This document shows, one piece after another, positions 1 to 13,430 of a DNA stretch of 64,000 nt; position 1 is the stretch's first letter; the number at the start of each line of letters is the position of its first letter. Both the position numbers and the translations under genes were made by a program. The notes below the pieces were generated by a model. That model had not been told where the DNA came from and did not search any database. It saw only the letters and a list, made by a program, of their open reading frames with translations. Location of the stretch: positions 3,918,829 to 3,982,828 of the forward strand of contig CM074807.1 of assembly GCA_037447605.1 (NCBI GenBank). The letters run 5' to 3'. This stretch comes from Zygnema circumcarinatum SAG 698-1b (Eukaryota > Plantae > Zygnematophyceae).

Positions 1-3000
1 CAGCTCCATCATTCAAAGAGGAAGAATTGTCTGATGCAGGAGGGCTTGGAGCTCTGTTGGAGAGACGCAGGGGTAGGTAAGAATGCAGTGGTAGGTATAG
101 CCGAAAACTGACAGTGATCAGAGCTTTTAAAAAGAGCAGAGACCGGTATAGCACAAGGAGTCAACACTTAATTTCGTTAATGTTGAATTAATGTTCTAAA
201 AAGGGAATAAGTGCTAAACCGAATTCATATTTTCTCTCAACTCAGAATCAATTCTTTGAAATAGACTAAACCAAACGGCTCCCTGAAAGCTTCAGAACTT
301 CACGGCATTCTTCTCTGATAAAACTTCAGCGTACTTTACAGAAGTGTGAGTTCAAGCATACCTGTAAACCTCAGCAGCTGTTGTCTTGTAGAGACTTCGA
401 ACGTGAGCCAATCTCTCATCTTCCGTAAGCTTAGAACCATCCGACGGAATTTTCTGCCCACGCTTGAGAGGATTGCTGCGGACGACTACAACCGCAGATG
501 TATACGGAATCCACATATAACGCAGGTGCTGATACTGCTTCAGCCATTTCCTGAAACCGAGTATAGCGAGAGTGCCTTTACTGACAATCGATCGGTGGGG
601 CAGTTTCCCTTCCCTGCTTCAATAGAAGCGAAAACGAGCTCACCTGTGATTCTTCTTTATTTGGTTGGCATTTGACACGAATGTCTCCTCCAGCAGTTTA
701 TGAGCGGGAACACACTGCAAGGTGATGTCAGCCACCACTCCCAATGTTCCCAAAGCACACCGCGCTAAGTAGAAAAGCTCGGGGTCTTTCTCAGGGTTCA
801 GGTCCAAAGTTCCTTCTGCAGGTGTAACCAGACGAAGGCTCACAACTTGCTCATCAACGGGAGGAATTTCTGCTCCTGTGCCATGTGCACTGACCTACGA
901 GAGAGAAAACTGAAGTTAAGTCAAGGGAGAGAGCATCTAACGCTGCCATCTCTGCCATCTCATCCTGCCTCTCTCATCTAAATACCTGCAGGTTTTCCCC
1001 CTGCTCCAAGAGAACACCACATTGTTTCTCTCTAATTTGCCTGTGTGATTTAAACGTAACGGAGGCTAGTGAAAAGTGTACCTGTATGAATCCTCCCAGC
1101 TGCTGCTCCCTCACAGATGCGTAGTTTTGAAGAGTGAGCCCGTGTGGTCGCAGAGCTTCTACCACCTGCTCTACTCTCGCCCCGGCCTGCACTCGCACTT
1201 GGCGAAGTGCAGGGTCTACATGAAGCACTTTGTCCATGTAGACAAGGTTCACCATTCCTGCATTACTGAGAGCTACACCATTAGGGGAGATAGCACTCCC
1301 TACAGGCCGCAATTTCTGACCCTTTTCATGTGCTTCCCGTACAACAGCTTCCAATTCCTGGACGCAATAAGAATTGAGGAAAGCTCGGTTGAGATACTGA
1401 AGGCAACGAGGAGTTAAAGGGAGAGTCTGCAGCTTCTGTGTTTGGTTCAAGGTCGAGTTTTGGGTTCAAAAACGCAAAATCCTTCACTCGTTTGTTTCAA
1501 TCATGAAGCCTTCACTGCAGTAGCCACGGCTACCTTGAATTCGCTTACATATTTTTTTTTCTAAAAAAGCTCATTGAATCATTTTCATCTGACATATAGT
1601 TTGCCTTATCAGGACTCTCAAACGAAACAATAAGAAGGGAGTTCTTCAGGGCAAGAATTATGATTACCAGTTGTGCAGGCCATAAAAACTCAAGCAATTA
1701 AGTTTAAATTTGAAAAAAGTCACTCATATACACTCACTCCGAGCGGTCAATCTCGACCACTCTCCCCCCTTTCCCCTATATTTCTCGTCACCGCATTTCG
1801 CACACTTTTTTTTTCTTGACAATCTCTCATTCCTTCCTAAGCAATTCAGCTGACATTAATACTGGACGTCATTCAGTGACCATTCTAACAAAGGTGTCTA
1901 GGAACGATCGCTGATCCCGGGGCACTTGAAGAGAAAAAGGAAGAATGTTGATTCTGAATAGCGCACTATTCAATTCTTGGAAGTGGATTGGCATGCTAGA
2001 CAGCATAAGTTTGTTACACCGACGAGTCTCTGAAAGAAAAGGTGCAACTATATTGTGCTCACATTCATCTCCCTCCCGTACAGTCCACTCTCCCTGTAGA
2101 ACATGACCAGCTCTCTGACTTCCACTCATGCCAGAGGACACACTCTCGACCCGAGGTTGTCATGCCTTTAGCTCAAATAGAGAGAGCATCTCCCAAGTAA
2201 AATCTCATGCAAGAAGTAGGACATAATTCTTCGGAAAACAGACGCATTACTCAGAGCTCCAAGGCAAGAGTTAGAGATTGATTGATAGTCTTTGAGTGAT
2301 TGCGGCACTCCCACTGGCCTCCATTTTCTTCGTTTCTTTAACTACCTTGCAATATCCGTCTAGTCATTTTGCTTCGCAACCGGAACTAGAGCTTGGCGGA
2401 CAGAGTACTAAATGCGTGACATTTGTTTCAGTTAGGTCATAGAATGAAATTGAGCAGGCACTTGCTGGAAGGACTTAAACCACACTCCGAATGAAACTCC
2501 TGGCATTCACGTCAATATCAAACCTTTGCCCGAAACTTATTCAAACATTTCAAACACCCTAGACACGTGAAAACCTCTCTTGAATTAAAAAAAGGCATGC
2601 ATTCTTGTTACGGTTAAAAGAACTGATCATCCAAGAACAAGCATATCCACCAAACACGGTGACAGCATGAGTGTAGTAAACACAAGCATCTTGATAAGTC
2701 AGATACAGCGGGAACAGCCAGCTTACTTCCAAGCTCTCCGGCCGAACGTACACTTTAGGTTGAACTTCATGCGTTCCGCTCCAGTTGACAATATGCTCTT
2801 CAGGACTCTGCTCAACCGCCTCCTTACCCGCCTTTTTCCTGACATTTCCATCCTGCATCTGCATGTAATAGTAAGCGCCTGCTGCAACTCCTCCTGCAGC
2901 CAGAGTTGCGCCCACTATGATCGCTCCAATGTTTGCACCGCGCGCATTCTGAGCCTCCGCTTTCAGCGGCTCTGTTGAGAATTTCCGCGATACCTTACAA

Positions 3001-3239
3001 GCTCCCCCTACCCGAGCCTCTTGATTCTTGCTCAGTGAAGCCACAGAACCATTCCCGGCAGCATGAAATGTTCGGAATGAGGACCCTGTGCCGATTTGGG
3101 GCCACTGAGGAGACGGAAGCAGGCGGCTAAAGGCACCTCCCCCGTCTGCTCCATGTGCAGAGGTTCCCGAAAATGTTTTTCTGGAGAGAGAGGGCCCGAG
3201 TGCCCTCCTCAGGGAGGAGAACGCCGGCCGCCAAGCCAT
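1..3239 (-). CDS. GLDH: L-galactono-1,4-lactone dehydrogenase (mitochondrial, ascorbate synthesis); 3' exons lie beyond the window start
   Basis: Exons 3239-2727 (presequence, TM segment, NWSGTHEV..PESLE), about 1357-1082 (LRPVGSAISPNG..LQNYASVREQQLGGFIQ), about 895-645 (VSAHGTGA..LARCALGTLGVV) and about 545-365 (LRYMWIPYT), joined by GT-AG introns. FAD-linked oxidase motifs match plant GLDH. Confidence 0.95.
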
Positions 3240-4928
3240 GGCGGCCGACTTTCCCGCAGGGGATTGAGAGGGAGGAGAGCGGGGAGGAAGAGGTAGCAGC
3301 GCGGGCCTATTTGAGGATCCACATCTGATAGATCCGGAGTCCACCCCGTATTTTCCGGAATGTCGGTGGCGTTTACCCTTGGTTCAACGCTTAGTAAACT
3401 GGAGATTTCCTGGTGTGCTACATTTCTGCTACGTGTCACCCAAACGTTCATAGAACACCGAATTGGGCCTGGGAGACGGGGTCTTTTGTTGCTTCTAGAG
3501 CGGCGTTGTTGGTGTTGTTGGGCCTAGAAGCAAAAGGTTCAACTCATAGCTTTTTCCTTTCGTTCCTAGGTCATTTCTAGCGGTTGGTTCCTCGTGGTTC
3601 CCCATGTTGGTTATGTTCATGTACTTGTGATGGCATCGATATGATGAGACCAATGCTCAACCATCCATCCATCCATCCATCCCCCATGGCTATGGCCATG
3701 GAGGACAGATCAACTCTGGTCCCGTGGAATCGGATAGTCATGGTCTCGACGGGGGACATTTCATCGGTCAACGACCCTCCGCCAATCGCGGGGATTTTGG
3801 CGACTTCCAATAACGGATGGATATTTATAACGCAGTGTCGTTCGCAGTAGAATTCCAATCAGAAATTCCAAAAGTCAGGCCGTTTTATAAAACATTTCTA
3901 GAAGGTTTGTACAACAATACGGTCATACAGCTGTACGAAATCCTCTCTGACGGGCAACGCCAATTCGCAGACCGTGCGACCGTACGTGTCGTTCAATGTC
4001 AACGGTCATACGGCCGTTCTAAAAGTGTTCTAGAACTCTGAAACTTTTAGATATTAGAACGTTCTAATTCTGAAACCTAAAACTCCAAAAGTCCCTTGTA
4101 CGGACTTCTTGCCATCCCTACACTTCGAATCGACAACCGTCCGTGCTTTTTCGTACCGTTTACGTCAGCACAATCGAGCCGCCGGGCTTGGACGGACTTT
4201 CCAGGAAGCTCAAACTCTTTGGTGTTCGTACATGTTCGTACGACCCTCCTCGCGTCGACGGGGTTTCGTACGGCACGAGGCGGAATGCTGGAATTCTATT
4301 GGAGGTGACCCGCCGCGCTGGTCCAATCGCAGCTTGCCACGTTAAAATTAATGCTACGTGGCAATTCCCCATTCGCTCATTTCGACCGTGTCCCTCAACG
4401 GGTTCCGTTTACTTGTGCAACAGCCGTAACCAAAATCTGCACGTAACCGACCAATGATAAGACGCCACGTGTACAAACGAGCGAATTGAGCGACGCGATT
4501 GGCTGGGCACTTTGAATTTTTGGAATTTCTCTGGATGGCCGCCGCCTGGGACTTTGCTCCAGGGCAGTGCGCGGCCGGCCGGGCGGGGTCCCGCAGGGCG
4601 CGGAAAGAGACCAGCAGGGAGACTCTCCCTCGGGCCGGCGGGAGGGAGAGGGAGGGAGATAGAGGGAGGGAGAGAGAGGGAGCGGTAGGGAGAGGGAGGA
4701 GGGAGAGAGAGGGAGCGGGAGGCGAGTAGGGAGGGGGGAGGAAGGAGGGAGGTGGGAGGAGAGAGGAGAGGGGGTGGAGGGGGAAGGAGAGAGGAGACGG
4801 GAGGGAGGAGAGAGGAGAGGCGGTGGAGGAGGGAGGAGGGAGGAGAGGGGGTGGAGGAGTGAGGAGAGGGGAGGGGAGGGGAGGAAGGTGCAGGCTTGAA
4901 GCGGTCCCAAGCACCGGGGGCGGGCGCC

Positions 4929-7900
4929 ATGGGAAACTGCGCCTCGAGCGCTTTTGTGCCGTGGGCGGGCCGGAACGAGGTGACATTGGCGGCCAAGACG
5001 CGGAAAAGAGCTGCAAAGGAAGCACTCGCTGCTTACAAGGCTTATGCAGGGGCGCATGTGGCGTACTTGGAAAGCATGAAAATAGTGGGCAACTCTTTAG
5101 TTCTCTTTTTGGAGGAAGAAGATAAGGGACTGTACAGTGTAGAGCCTCCTCCTCCGCCTCCTCCCCCCGAGCAGCCCTCCGACTATCGCACCTCCTGGTC
5201 GCAGGTCCCTGGAGCCCTTTCAGACACCGCTACATCTCATGCCACGTCGTACTCTGGGACAGAACATGCTCCAGAAACCCCTCCCGAAAATGCTACAAAG
5301 AGCATCTATAGCGAAAATGTGCCTTCATCAGAGGCTGCCGAAACCTTGAAACCGCAGATAAAGGAGGAGGCTGCGACTCAGACTGCAGCAGGACCACCTG
5401 CATGGCAAAATGCTGGCAGTCAACCACAGGGCTTGCAAGTGATGCAGGTCAGCCCTGCCAACGCAGTTATGCCAGGTTTGGAGCCACCTCGCGGGGCTGG
5501 GCTCGCGCAGGTCATTGTGGCCCTGAACGGCCTTTTCGCGGAAGCTTCAGAGGCGGTTCGGCCTCTGACGGACCTTTTGACTGTGGGCGCTGCCAAGAAC
5601 TTTGCGGCGCCTCCTGCGCTTCCCCCGCACGTGCAAGGTCAGTACGGGGCAGGAGCTCAGTATGGCCAGCAGAGTCGACCTTCAGAGAAGCTTTGGGAGG
5701 TGCTGGAGATTCTGGTGGTGTATGAGCGGTTTCGGTCACGTGACATCAAGGTGCGTCCTTTTCTATGGTTCTAAAGCCGAGAGAAGCATCTGTTTAATGT
5801 TGTGAGGTTGGACCGTTGGAGACGTTTTCTCTTGCTTAGAAAGGGCAGCAAGCCGTAGTCGCTCTCCTCCGATTTCCAAATGCTTGTGATCACTGCCAAG
5901 AGCATTCATGTATGCAGCTGCTTCAAGACCAGTCGTGCCTCGATCCGCATATTTTCGAGCATTGAAGTTCCGCTCCAACACGTGTTATGTTGTTTTTGCG
6001 CAGGCGATGGAGAAGACCAAGTGGGACTATGAGCGGCAGTCAGGGAAGTTGGGGAAGCACAGTCGGAAGCAGGTCACTGCAGAGAAGGCTGCCAAGCAGC
6101 AGAAAAAAATCAATGCTGCTTCCCAGAAGGTGCAGGGCCTGCAGGGCACAATTTCACGACTGGGACAGTCTGTGGAGAGTCTCACGCACAGTATTGACTC
6201 TATTAAGGGGCAGATGGTGTATCCCACCCTCCTTGCACTCCTGCCCAGGTAACTACTTCTAATGGTGCTGCTATGGAGCCTTCGTCGGAGCAGGGGCAGG
6301 TCGCACAGACCGATTAGTGGAAGAAAGAAGAAGGGGAATGGAGTTTTTGGCTGATGCTCGGGATTCGTCAGATGTTTGCAGGCAAAGTAAATCGCATTTT
6401 TTAAGCAGAGTAATCTGTCTAGCAGTTTCCAAAAAGATTGCGTGTGTTTGAAAATTGATGAGTAATATAGGCGAATTAGCAATTATCACACGTTCAAGTC
6501 TATAAAACCTTCTCCTTGTACTGAACAGTGTCATTAAGGAAAACGCAGTATTACCCACTGGTTGAAGAAAACGACAGGGCCTGTTCTTTTCTTAAAAGAA
6601 CAGGTCCTGCCCATTTCCATCCTCACACTTTTTGAAGCATCGCCAAACAACAGAAAAGAAAGACAATTTTTTCTTTAGTATTGCAGTGACTTTGCTCGTT
6701 GAGTGTTAGTCTGCAAATGTATATTCAGAAGGTTCCGATCTCCTCACTCTTTCCGCTATTTGAAACGTTTTTCCATGTGTAGAACTCGCGAAAAATCTGT
6801 CCAGAAACTCGTGTGATATCAGAGCTTCCAAAACTAAACTGAACCACTTCTGCTTCTTCTCATTCTTCTCCTTCTTCTCCTTCTTCTTCTTCTTCTCCTT
6901 CTTCTTCTCTGGTGAATTATCAATCGTAAGACTGTCTGCCTGTCCACCTCGACCTTTCGAACCGTGAGACCTAATCCCTCCCTCCCTGTGGTGAGTGCAG
7001 GCTGGTAGAGGCGTGGTGGAGGCTTGGCACAATCCATGACCGGCAGGCTATGCTTCTTCGCGAGTTTCTGCAGCGCAGCAACTTGCAGAATAAGTTGGCA
7101 GGAGGCTCTTCCGTGCTGCGAACTCATGCTGGCCACCACACGGATACGCAAAACCTGCAGAACGTTCTCATCAAGTGGGACCAAGCCTTCACGTAAGCTT
7201 CTTTCTTTCTCTTTCTCGCTCTGCCCTTGCCCTGCTTTATGCAAAGTGTTCCTTTTAGTCTTGGAGTCAAGTGCTTCTGATTCTGCAAATTCAGATATCA
7301 GAGCGGTAACCGCAAAGGTTCTGAAAGGCACGCTGTTGATGTGGACTCTTATTCAACTTTTGCAGAACCAACATGGAAGCTCAGAGAAAGGTTTTCACCT
7401 CCATGATTGCGTGGATAAACAAGGTGGATCCTAGCGGTGCCAACAGCGCAAGATTGGGGCCTGGCTATTCCATGCCTCAAAACCCTATTCCGGCTCCATA
7501 CTATGGCGCTGCTCCCAGCTTTAATGCTTCCTATACCACTCCTCAGAGTAGCAACAATATGCCACGGGTTACTCATCCCCCAGATACTCCCCCGGACCAA
7601 ATGATGCCTTATACAGCTGCTGGAGGAGCAGCTCAGCCTGTAGGTCCGGCACCCTCTCAAGAAGTCATCAACGAGTTTTTAGGAGGGCAAGGCTCTGGAG
7701 GGGAGCCCCTCCTTGCACTCTGTAATGATTGGCTGCGAGCAATGGATAGGCTGCCTGAGAAAGCGGTCAAGGATGCAATTTTTGCCTATGTTGGTTGGGT
7801 GAAAGACGCATATGTGAAACAGACTGCAGAAAACAAGCAGGCGAAGAAGGTGGAAGACGTTCGGAAGCACGTGGACAAGGCGGAGCAGAAGTATGAAGGC

Positions 7901-8521
7901 CTGTTGAAGAAAGAGCGCGATTTCCGGGCCACTCTTGCAAACCCACAGGGCACCCCCATGAGTAGGTCTCTCACAAACTCCACTAAGGCATACCAGATTA
8001 CCTCTCCTTATGCGGAGCAAAAATCTGCTTCCTTCCCTCCGTCATGGGTTGCTTCCCCTCCAGTCTCTGAGGGAGGCCCTCCCCTTGCCCCTTCTGTGAG
8101 CCGTGTCCCTCCCCCATACCAAGGTGCTCCACCCGCTGCCCCTCCTCCCCCAGGGGAAACCACCACCCTTTCGCTGTGGCAGTCTCCTTCCACAGAAGTG
8201 CCCCCCTCAACAGAGAGACACGAGGAAGGTTTGGATAAAGCCGGAGCTAAGGCTGTGGCCAAGGAGCAGGCCAAGGAAGTGAAAGCTTACAGCATTGCTA
8301 AGGAGGTGGATTTGGCCTTGGGGTCCTTGGAGGGCCTTCGCCAGAAGCTCAAGGAAGAGCAGGCCAGTTTGGATGTCATGGCTCTGGAGGCACGGAAGGC
8401 AGCCATTACTGGTGTAGAACAGGGATTTCCTAACGTGTTTTCAGCACTGACAAACTATGCTGCGGTGGCTTCGCAGATGTATGGTATTCTGCAGTTCCAG
8501 CATGCTAAAGGGTGGAGATAG
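4929..8521 (+). CDS. DUF630/DUF632 domain protein (NRG2/APSR1-like family)
   Basis: Exons 4929-5750, 6004-6248, 7366-8521 splice in frame. N-terminus MGNCASS..AKTRKRAAKEA..AHVAYLESMKIVGNSL is DUF630-like; SEKLWEVLE..YERFR, a coiled coil and LCNDWLRAMDRLPEKAVKDAI are DUF632-like. Confidence 0.85.
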
Positions 8522-9810
8522 GGGAACTCCTTGTTGCTACGGAGAGAGGAAACCAAAGTCTTGAGGATCGTCCTGGAGTTCCAACGAGTTTCTTTTCGCA
8601 GGAGTAGTGAGAAAGATTGGGACTATCCTGTCCGACTGCATGAACAGTAGTCTCATTTGAGATGGATTTTCATGTAAATACTAGTCTCTTTATGCCGAGA
8701 AACTCACGTGAATTTTCTACCCGGCTGCAGTTAGAAGCTCCTGCCTTTAGTAAACGCACATTTTGTATGGTTATAGTTATTCAAATCATGTGAAGCAAAT
8801 GGGGAGACAGTTTTAGATAGCCTGAGTTAGGTACTGTGATACCGAAGTGTATGGAAGGTCTTGTAACCTTCCTCGAAAATTCTATGTCTGAATGAGATCA
8901 TCTGTGGAGTCTTGTTGCTGGTGAATCCTATCCAGGTTCAGGAAGTTTTATGCTTCGTATGTTCGTCTCAGGAAAATGAAAGATTGGGCAGGTTTTATTG
9001 TCATGTGTGAACCATATCAGTTGCATACAGTAGAGGATTGCGTCACCTCAACTGTGTCCATTTTCATGCGGTGGTTTCATAGCGACACGGCAAACGCCCT
9101 CTTTTGTTGAAGAGATAAGGACTCACTCAAGAACTTGCCTCTGAAAGTCCATCGCTCGTTGATGGGTGATGAGAAGAATACAACGCTCTTCCTCACTGGG
9201 TATGCTCGACAACAACTACTTCCCGCCATATGAAGGCCGGGGGTTTTTAGGGTGTGCAATGCGCCCTTCGATAAAAGGAGTGCAAAAATTGTGAAAAATA
9301 CCTCATAGCTTCCTCCTTCTTCATAGCCTTTTTCTCAGTTACCTTCCTCTATGGATGCAAATGACTCCACGGCTGCCAGAAGAAGTGTGGGCAACAGTAA
9401 GTGGCCGCAGATGATAAGTCCTCCTCAAAGAGCGACACATGCGGCAAGAGTGAGGACCGCACACAACACCTCAGGAAGATGCAAGCTGGGCATTGAAGCT
9501 AAAAAGAAAAGAGCGGAACGAATAATACCAAACCTTGCACCTTTTTGGAAAGTCGGATGGTCGTCAATACAGTAACATTCACCGCCTTCTGCCTGCACGC
9601 CCGCACGCCGACTGCATGATGTCGCCTGTTTCTTCCGTAGGGTTCCCGTCACTTTTCTAAACGGATCCTTTTTTTAGGGCGCGAGTAATGAGCAGACAGA
9701 AACTGAAGTAGCCACTCAGAGGGATGACTATGACGCGAGGCCTTTGCTTCGTCAAAAAATAGCCAAGTTTTCCTGTTTGACCAGAATACTTGACGCATGC
9801 TTCATTCCCA

Positions 9811-12214
9811 ATGCTCAAACGCTCAAAGACTGCCGCATTTCGCTTTGGTCTGCACTGTCAAATCCTGCTCAAAGAGTTCACGTTTCCTATTTACAAGTGT
9901 TCACAATCTGCTGGATGTCCTGATGACCTACAACTGCAAACAGACATTCGTAGCACACTGGCCACACCCTTTGAAAGCAATATTTTGATCCATGCATTGC
10001 ACGCTGCTGCTGGGTATTCATATTCAAGAGAATGTAGAAGCTGGAGCACTGGGACGACGGATTGTGGAGGGGGAGCGCGGCGATTCCATTTTGGCTATTA
10101 TTGCTCAGGAAAGCAATTCAAACGACGATGCTCGACAGTCCCGCATCCCGAGCATCGTGCTTCCCAGTCAAGGAATGTCGAACACGGTATGTGCTATGTT
10201 GCACGGAGAACCACTTTTGCTTGCACCTGCAGCAAGCAATGCAATAAGTTGTTGAAAGGCAATGGCCTGGCATTCAATCAGTATCAATAAAGAAGACGAA
10301 AAAATATTATATGTTATGAGAAAGTTCCAGCATATCACCTGTGAAACGTCAGATTCTCTGCCGGATATCTTCATTTCTGTGCAGCTAGGCACAGCATGCG
10401 CCATCTGAGCTAAATTGCAAACCTATTTCATTGTTGTTTTGTGTCATCGCATGATTGCGTATGAGATTATACAAACCAATTGCAGCCTTTAGCAACGTTT
10501 TCCTCAATAACAACTTGTTATTGTTAATCAGTAAATGCCGCAGGGGACGCTCCCCAAAAAAAAACTTCAATAGGGTCTGGGCAGTTTGGAGGATTCGAGG
10601 CAGAAGGGAGTGGAGAGATTCAGGTAATGATTGGACCCTACCCTACCCTACCTAATCCCCCCCCTATATTTTATGAGCCAATAACTACTTGATGAGAGTT
10701 TAGGTCATCCTCGTCCTTTAGAACATTTGATTTTTCGTATCTGAAGTGCTTGCACGCTATGGAACATAAGCTGTTGAACGGAGCTCGTTTCTAAAAATAA
10801 CTTTTACTGAAATGCATCTCAATCAAGAAAACCATCCGGTGCAGCAGGACGGCTGTAGGCCTTCTCGAAGCAACGAAGCAAACTTCATCGCCTCAGCTTC
10901 AAGAGACAAATCTTCAATATTAGCAAAAACAGATGATCAACGCCAAGTGATCCAAACTGCACTGTTATCCTACGTTCGGTCTAAGGCCATCGGGTATGTC
11001 AGCACTCGCTTTGAAACCGAGGAGAAGGACAGCTTTGAAGCTCTCATGTTCACAGGCTGATAGGAACCCTGAAAATAAAGAAACAAGAAAGGCCTGAATA
11101 CGCTAAAAGCCCCTTTTGTATTGATAAAGGAGTTACATCTTATTTCTTAGAGTCTTGAACTGATTTTCAAGGGGGCGTGGTCAGAAAAGCTGTGCAACTT
11201 GTGCGAAGGGTGAAGGAGGATCTCGGAGAAGACGATGCTGCACATTTTTTGGACCAGGTTTAACCCTCAATACGCTCAAAAGCCGTACCTTGATACCAGT
11301 TTGTGTATTTTCAGTGCCCCTCACCACCTTTCATAATCATCCCTCGATATTCTTTCAAGAACTCTCTAACCTTTATCTACTATTGTTTACTTTTCTTTCT
11401 TCATGCAAGACTGTAGTTGCTTTTGCTCATATCTCGCGGCGGAGCAGATGAAAAAGGTGCTTGCTGGCTCTTGGTGGATGACGGTCTCAACATCATCGCG
11501 GACTTGGAGGTAAAAGTTGTGCATCTAAGAGATGCCGCTATTTCTGCAGTCGTGACTCTCAAAAATCTCGAAAGGTGTGGCATCATACTTCATGTGGATG
11601 GGAAGGGCGCAGCCCGACCTGCATCCAACGCGATTAGGGCTGGAGGCTCTTCTGGATGGATGCGCTGCACAAGGGGACGCAGTTAGGGCGAAGATCATCA
11701 TGGAAAGAATGAAGCATCTGGATCTGCCTCCCAACGTGTTCACACTAGTCAGGTATGGCCTCCCTCTCTCCCTCCCGCCTCCCCCATATCTGTCTTTCTT
11801 TTCCGACACCTGTACCCTGTCATGAAAGATGATCACAGCCTCCCATCCTTTCCTGCACTGTTAATATTTGTTGTTGGCAGGCTATTTCGAGTGGCGGTCG
11901 CATCCGAGGACGAGGATTTAGGGTGCGCCGCTCTGCGGCAGATGTCGCCCTGGGACGCGGGCGACCCCGACGTACAGCTGCTCGTCCGCGGCAGCCTGAA
12001 GCCCCTCCTGCACGCGGCCGCGCTGCCGGCCATGCGGTTCGAACCCGCGACCCTTCCCCGCCTGCGCCGCGCGGCGGAGGCCCTCCTGCAGGCGGCCGCG
12101 GCGGCGCGCCGGGCGGGGGCGGGGGCGGGGGCGGGGGCGGGGGCGGCCGGGGGGGGGCTCGTGCGGGAGCTCCTGCTGCTGGAGGAGGGGGGGGGGTTTA
12201 AGGCCCCCGCATAA
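9811..12214 (+). CDS. Pentatricopeptide-repeat-containing protein, probably organelle-targeted
   Basis: Seven exons join in phase. Clear PPR-like motif GLEALLDGCAAQGDAVRAKIIMERMKHLDLPPNVFTLV at about 11612-11755; basic, Ser-rich N-terminus. Start codon uncertain. Confidence 0.65.
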
Positions 12215-12775
12215 GGCGAGGGGAAACATGTTGGGGGGATGGTGTTCAGTTTGGCGGTTGAAATAGTGGGGGTTTGAGTGTGGATTTCTTGAGAGAGCTT
12301 GAACGTGAGGCTCGATGGGAGTGAGGTGGAGGATGGATCATGCGTGTATACATGCATGTATGTGGTGTGCTGTTCGCTCGTCTGACTATGGAGTCGTGCA
12401 TGTGTCGACAGTACTGTGGCCTGGCTATGCATGAAGTGTACTCGGTCGGGTCCAGTGCTGCTGCTCTCTTGCTCACTTTGCCCTATTTTTTGTTCACTAT
12501 TGTGAGCTGATGTTCAGAACTTTGCGCGGGAATTCGGTGCCGACGTTTTGTACAACTCGTATGGTTCTTTCCCTGTGCTGCACGGTCGCCAAGCAGCTCT
12601 GCATATAGAGATAGCAAAAGCACTTACAGTATAATCCACGGCCATTTTATGACAAACAGAACACATTCACAAACAAATGGCATGGTTCCCCTCTCCTTGA
12701 AACAGAGTGTGAAGCCGCACAACATCGTCTCGTCGTCTTTGTAGCTCCGTTATCTCCCACCGCTATCTTTGCCCC

Positions 12776-12943
12776 TGTTAGTGTACATAGTTAGTTCAGA
12801 TTAGCATGTTTGTGTTGGCGCTTAGTTCCTAGGGGTGTGCTTCTAGGTGTGACATGTATGGGGACGGACTTACTTCAGCGTGCGCGCGGCGGCGAGACCG
12901 ACCGCGCAACCGTACGGATAGTATGGACCGTACAGACCGTACG
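12776..12943 (+). mobile_element. LTR family A copy (5' 168 bp, cut by an assembly gap)
   Basis: Starts TGTTAGTG and is identical to the reverse complement of 28251-28418; similarity begins exactly at the TG. Confidence 0.75.
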
Positions 12944-13147
12944 NNNNNNNNNNGAGCTTTCTCCTACGTTTTTCTATTCCGCCTCTCGTGTGTTGTGTAT
13001 GCACGTGAGTGAAAAATGAGTGAGAGTGCTGCGGGCACCAGGAGGGAAGTTTCCATGGACAGTGAAGAGGGAGAAAGGGTGGAAGGTGAATTTGCTTCTC
13101 ATCCCTCTGCCCCTCTCACATATTTTAGGGCGCAGTTTTGTGTTTTA

Positions 13148-13430
13148 GATTGGTTTTTAATTTCTTTGACAAAGTTGGAAACCTAGCCAAACCTAAGTTT
13201 CCAACACAAAAACATGGAGTCGTCCACACGTACAAATCAACTTGAAGCTGGCGGGGAAGCGAGAGGAGGGCGAAGGATAGTAAGAACCATCTAGTAAGCC
13301 CTATTATTGTGACTGACACATGGAACTTCCGAGCCCACAATTAGGCATTTAACTCATACCAGAGTCATAATACTTATAATACTTCTATCATCAAAAAAAG
13401 GCTTGCAAAAAAGGCACAGTAAATTCCAGC
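13148..13430. repeat. Dispersed repeat, copy 1 (copy 2 at 15691-15955)
   Basis: Shared blocks such as tttgacaaagttggaaaccta, gtttccaacacaaaaacatgga and gactgacacatggaacttccgagcccacaa, with indels. Confidence 0.85.

Noticed and set aside
9077-9652. Small minus-strand gene between DUF632 and PPR
   Set aside because: Splice-like sites exist, but no frame gives a start codon plus a recognisable product.
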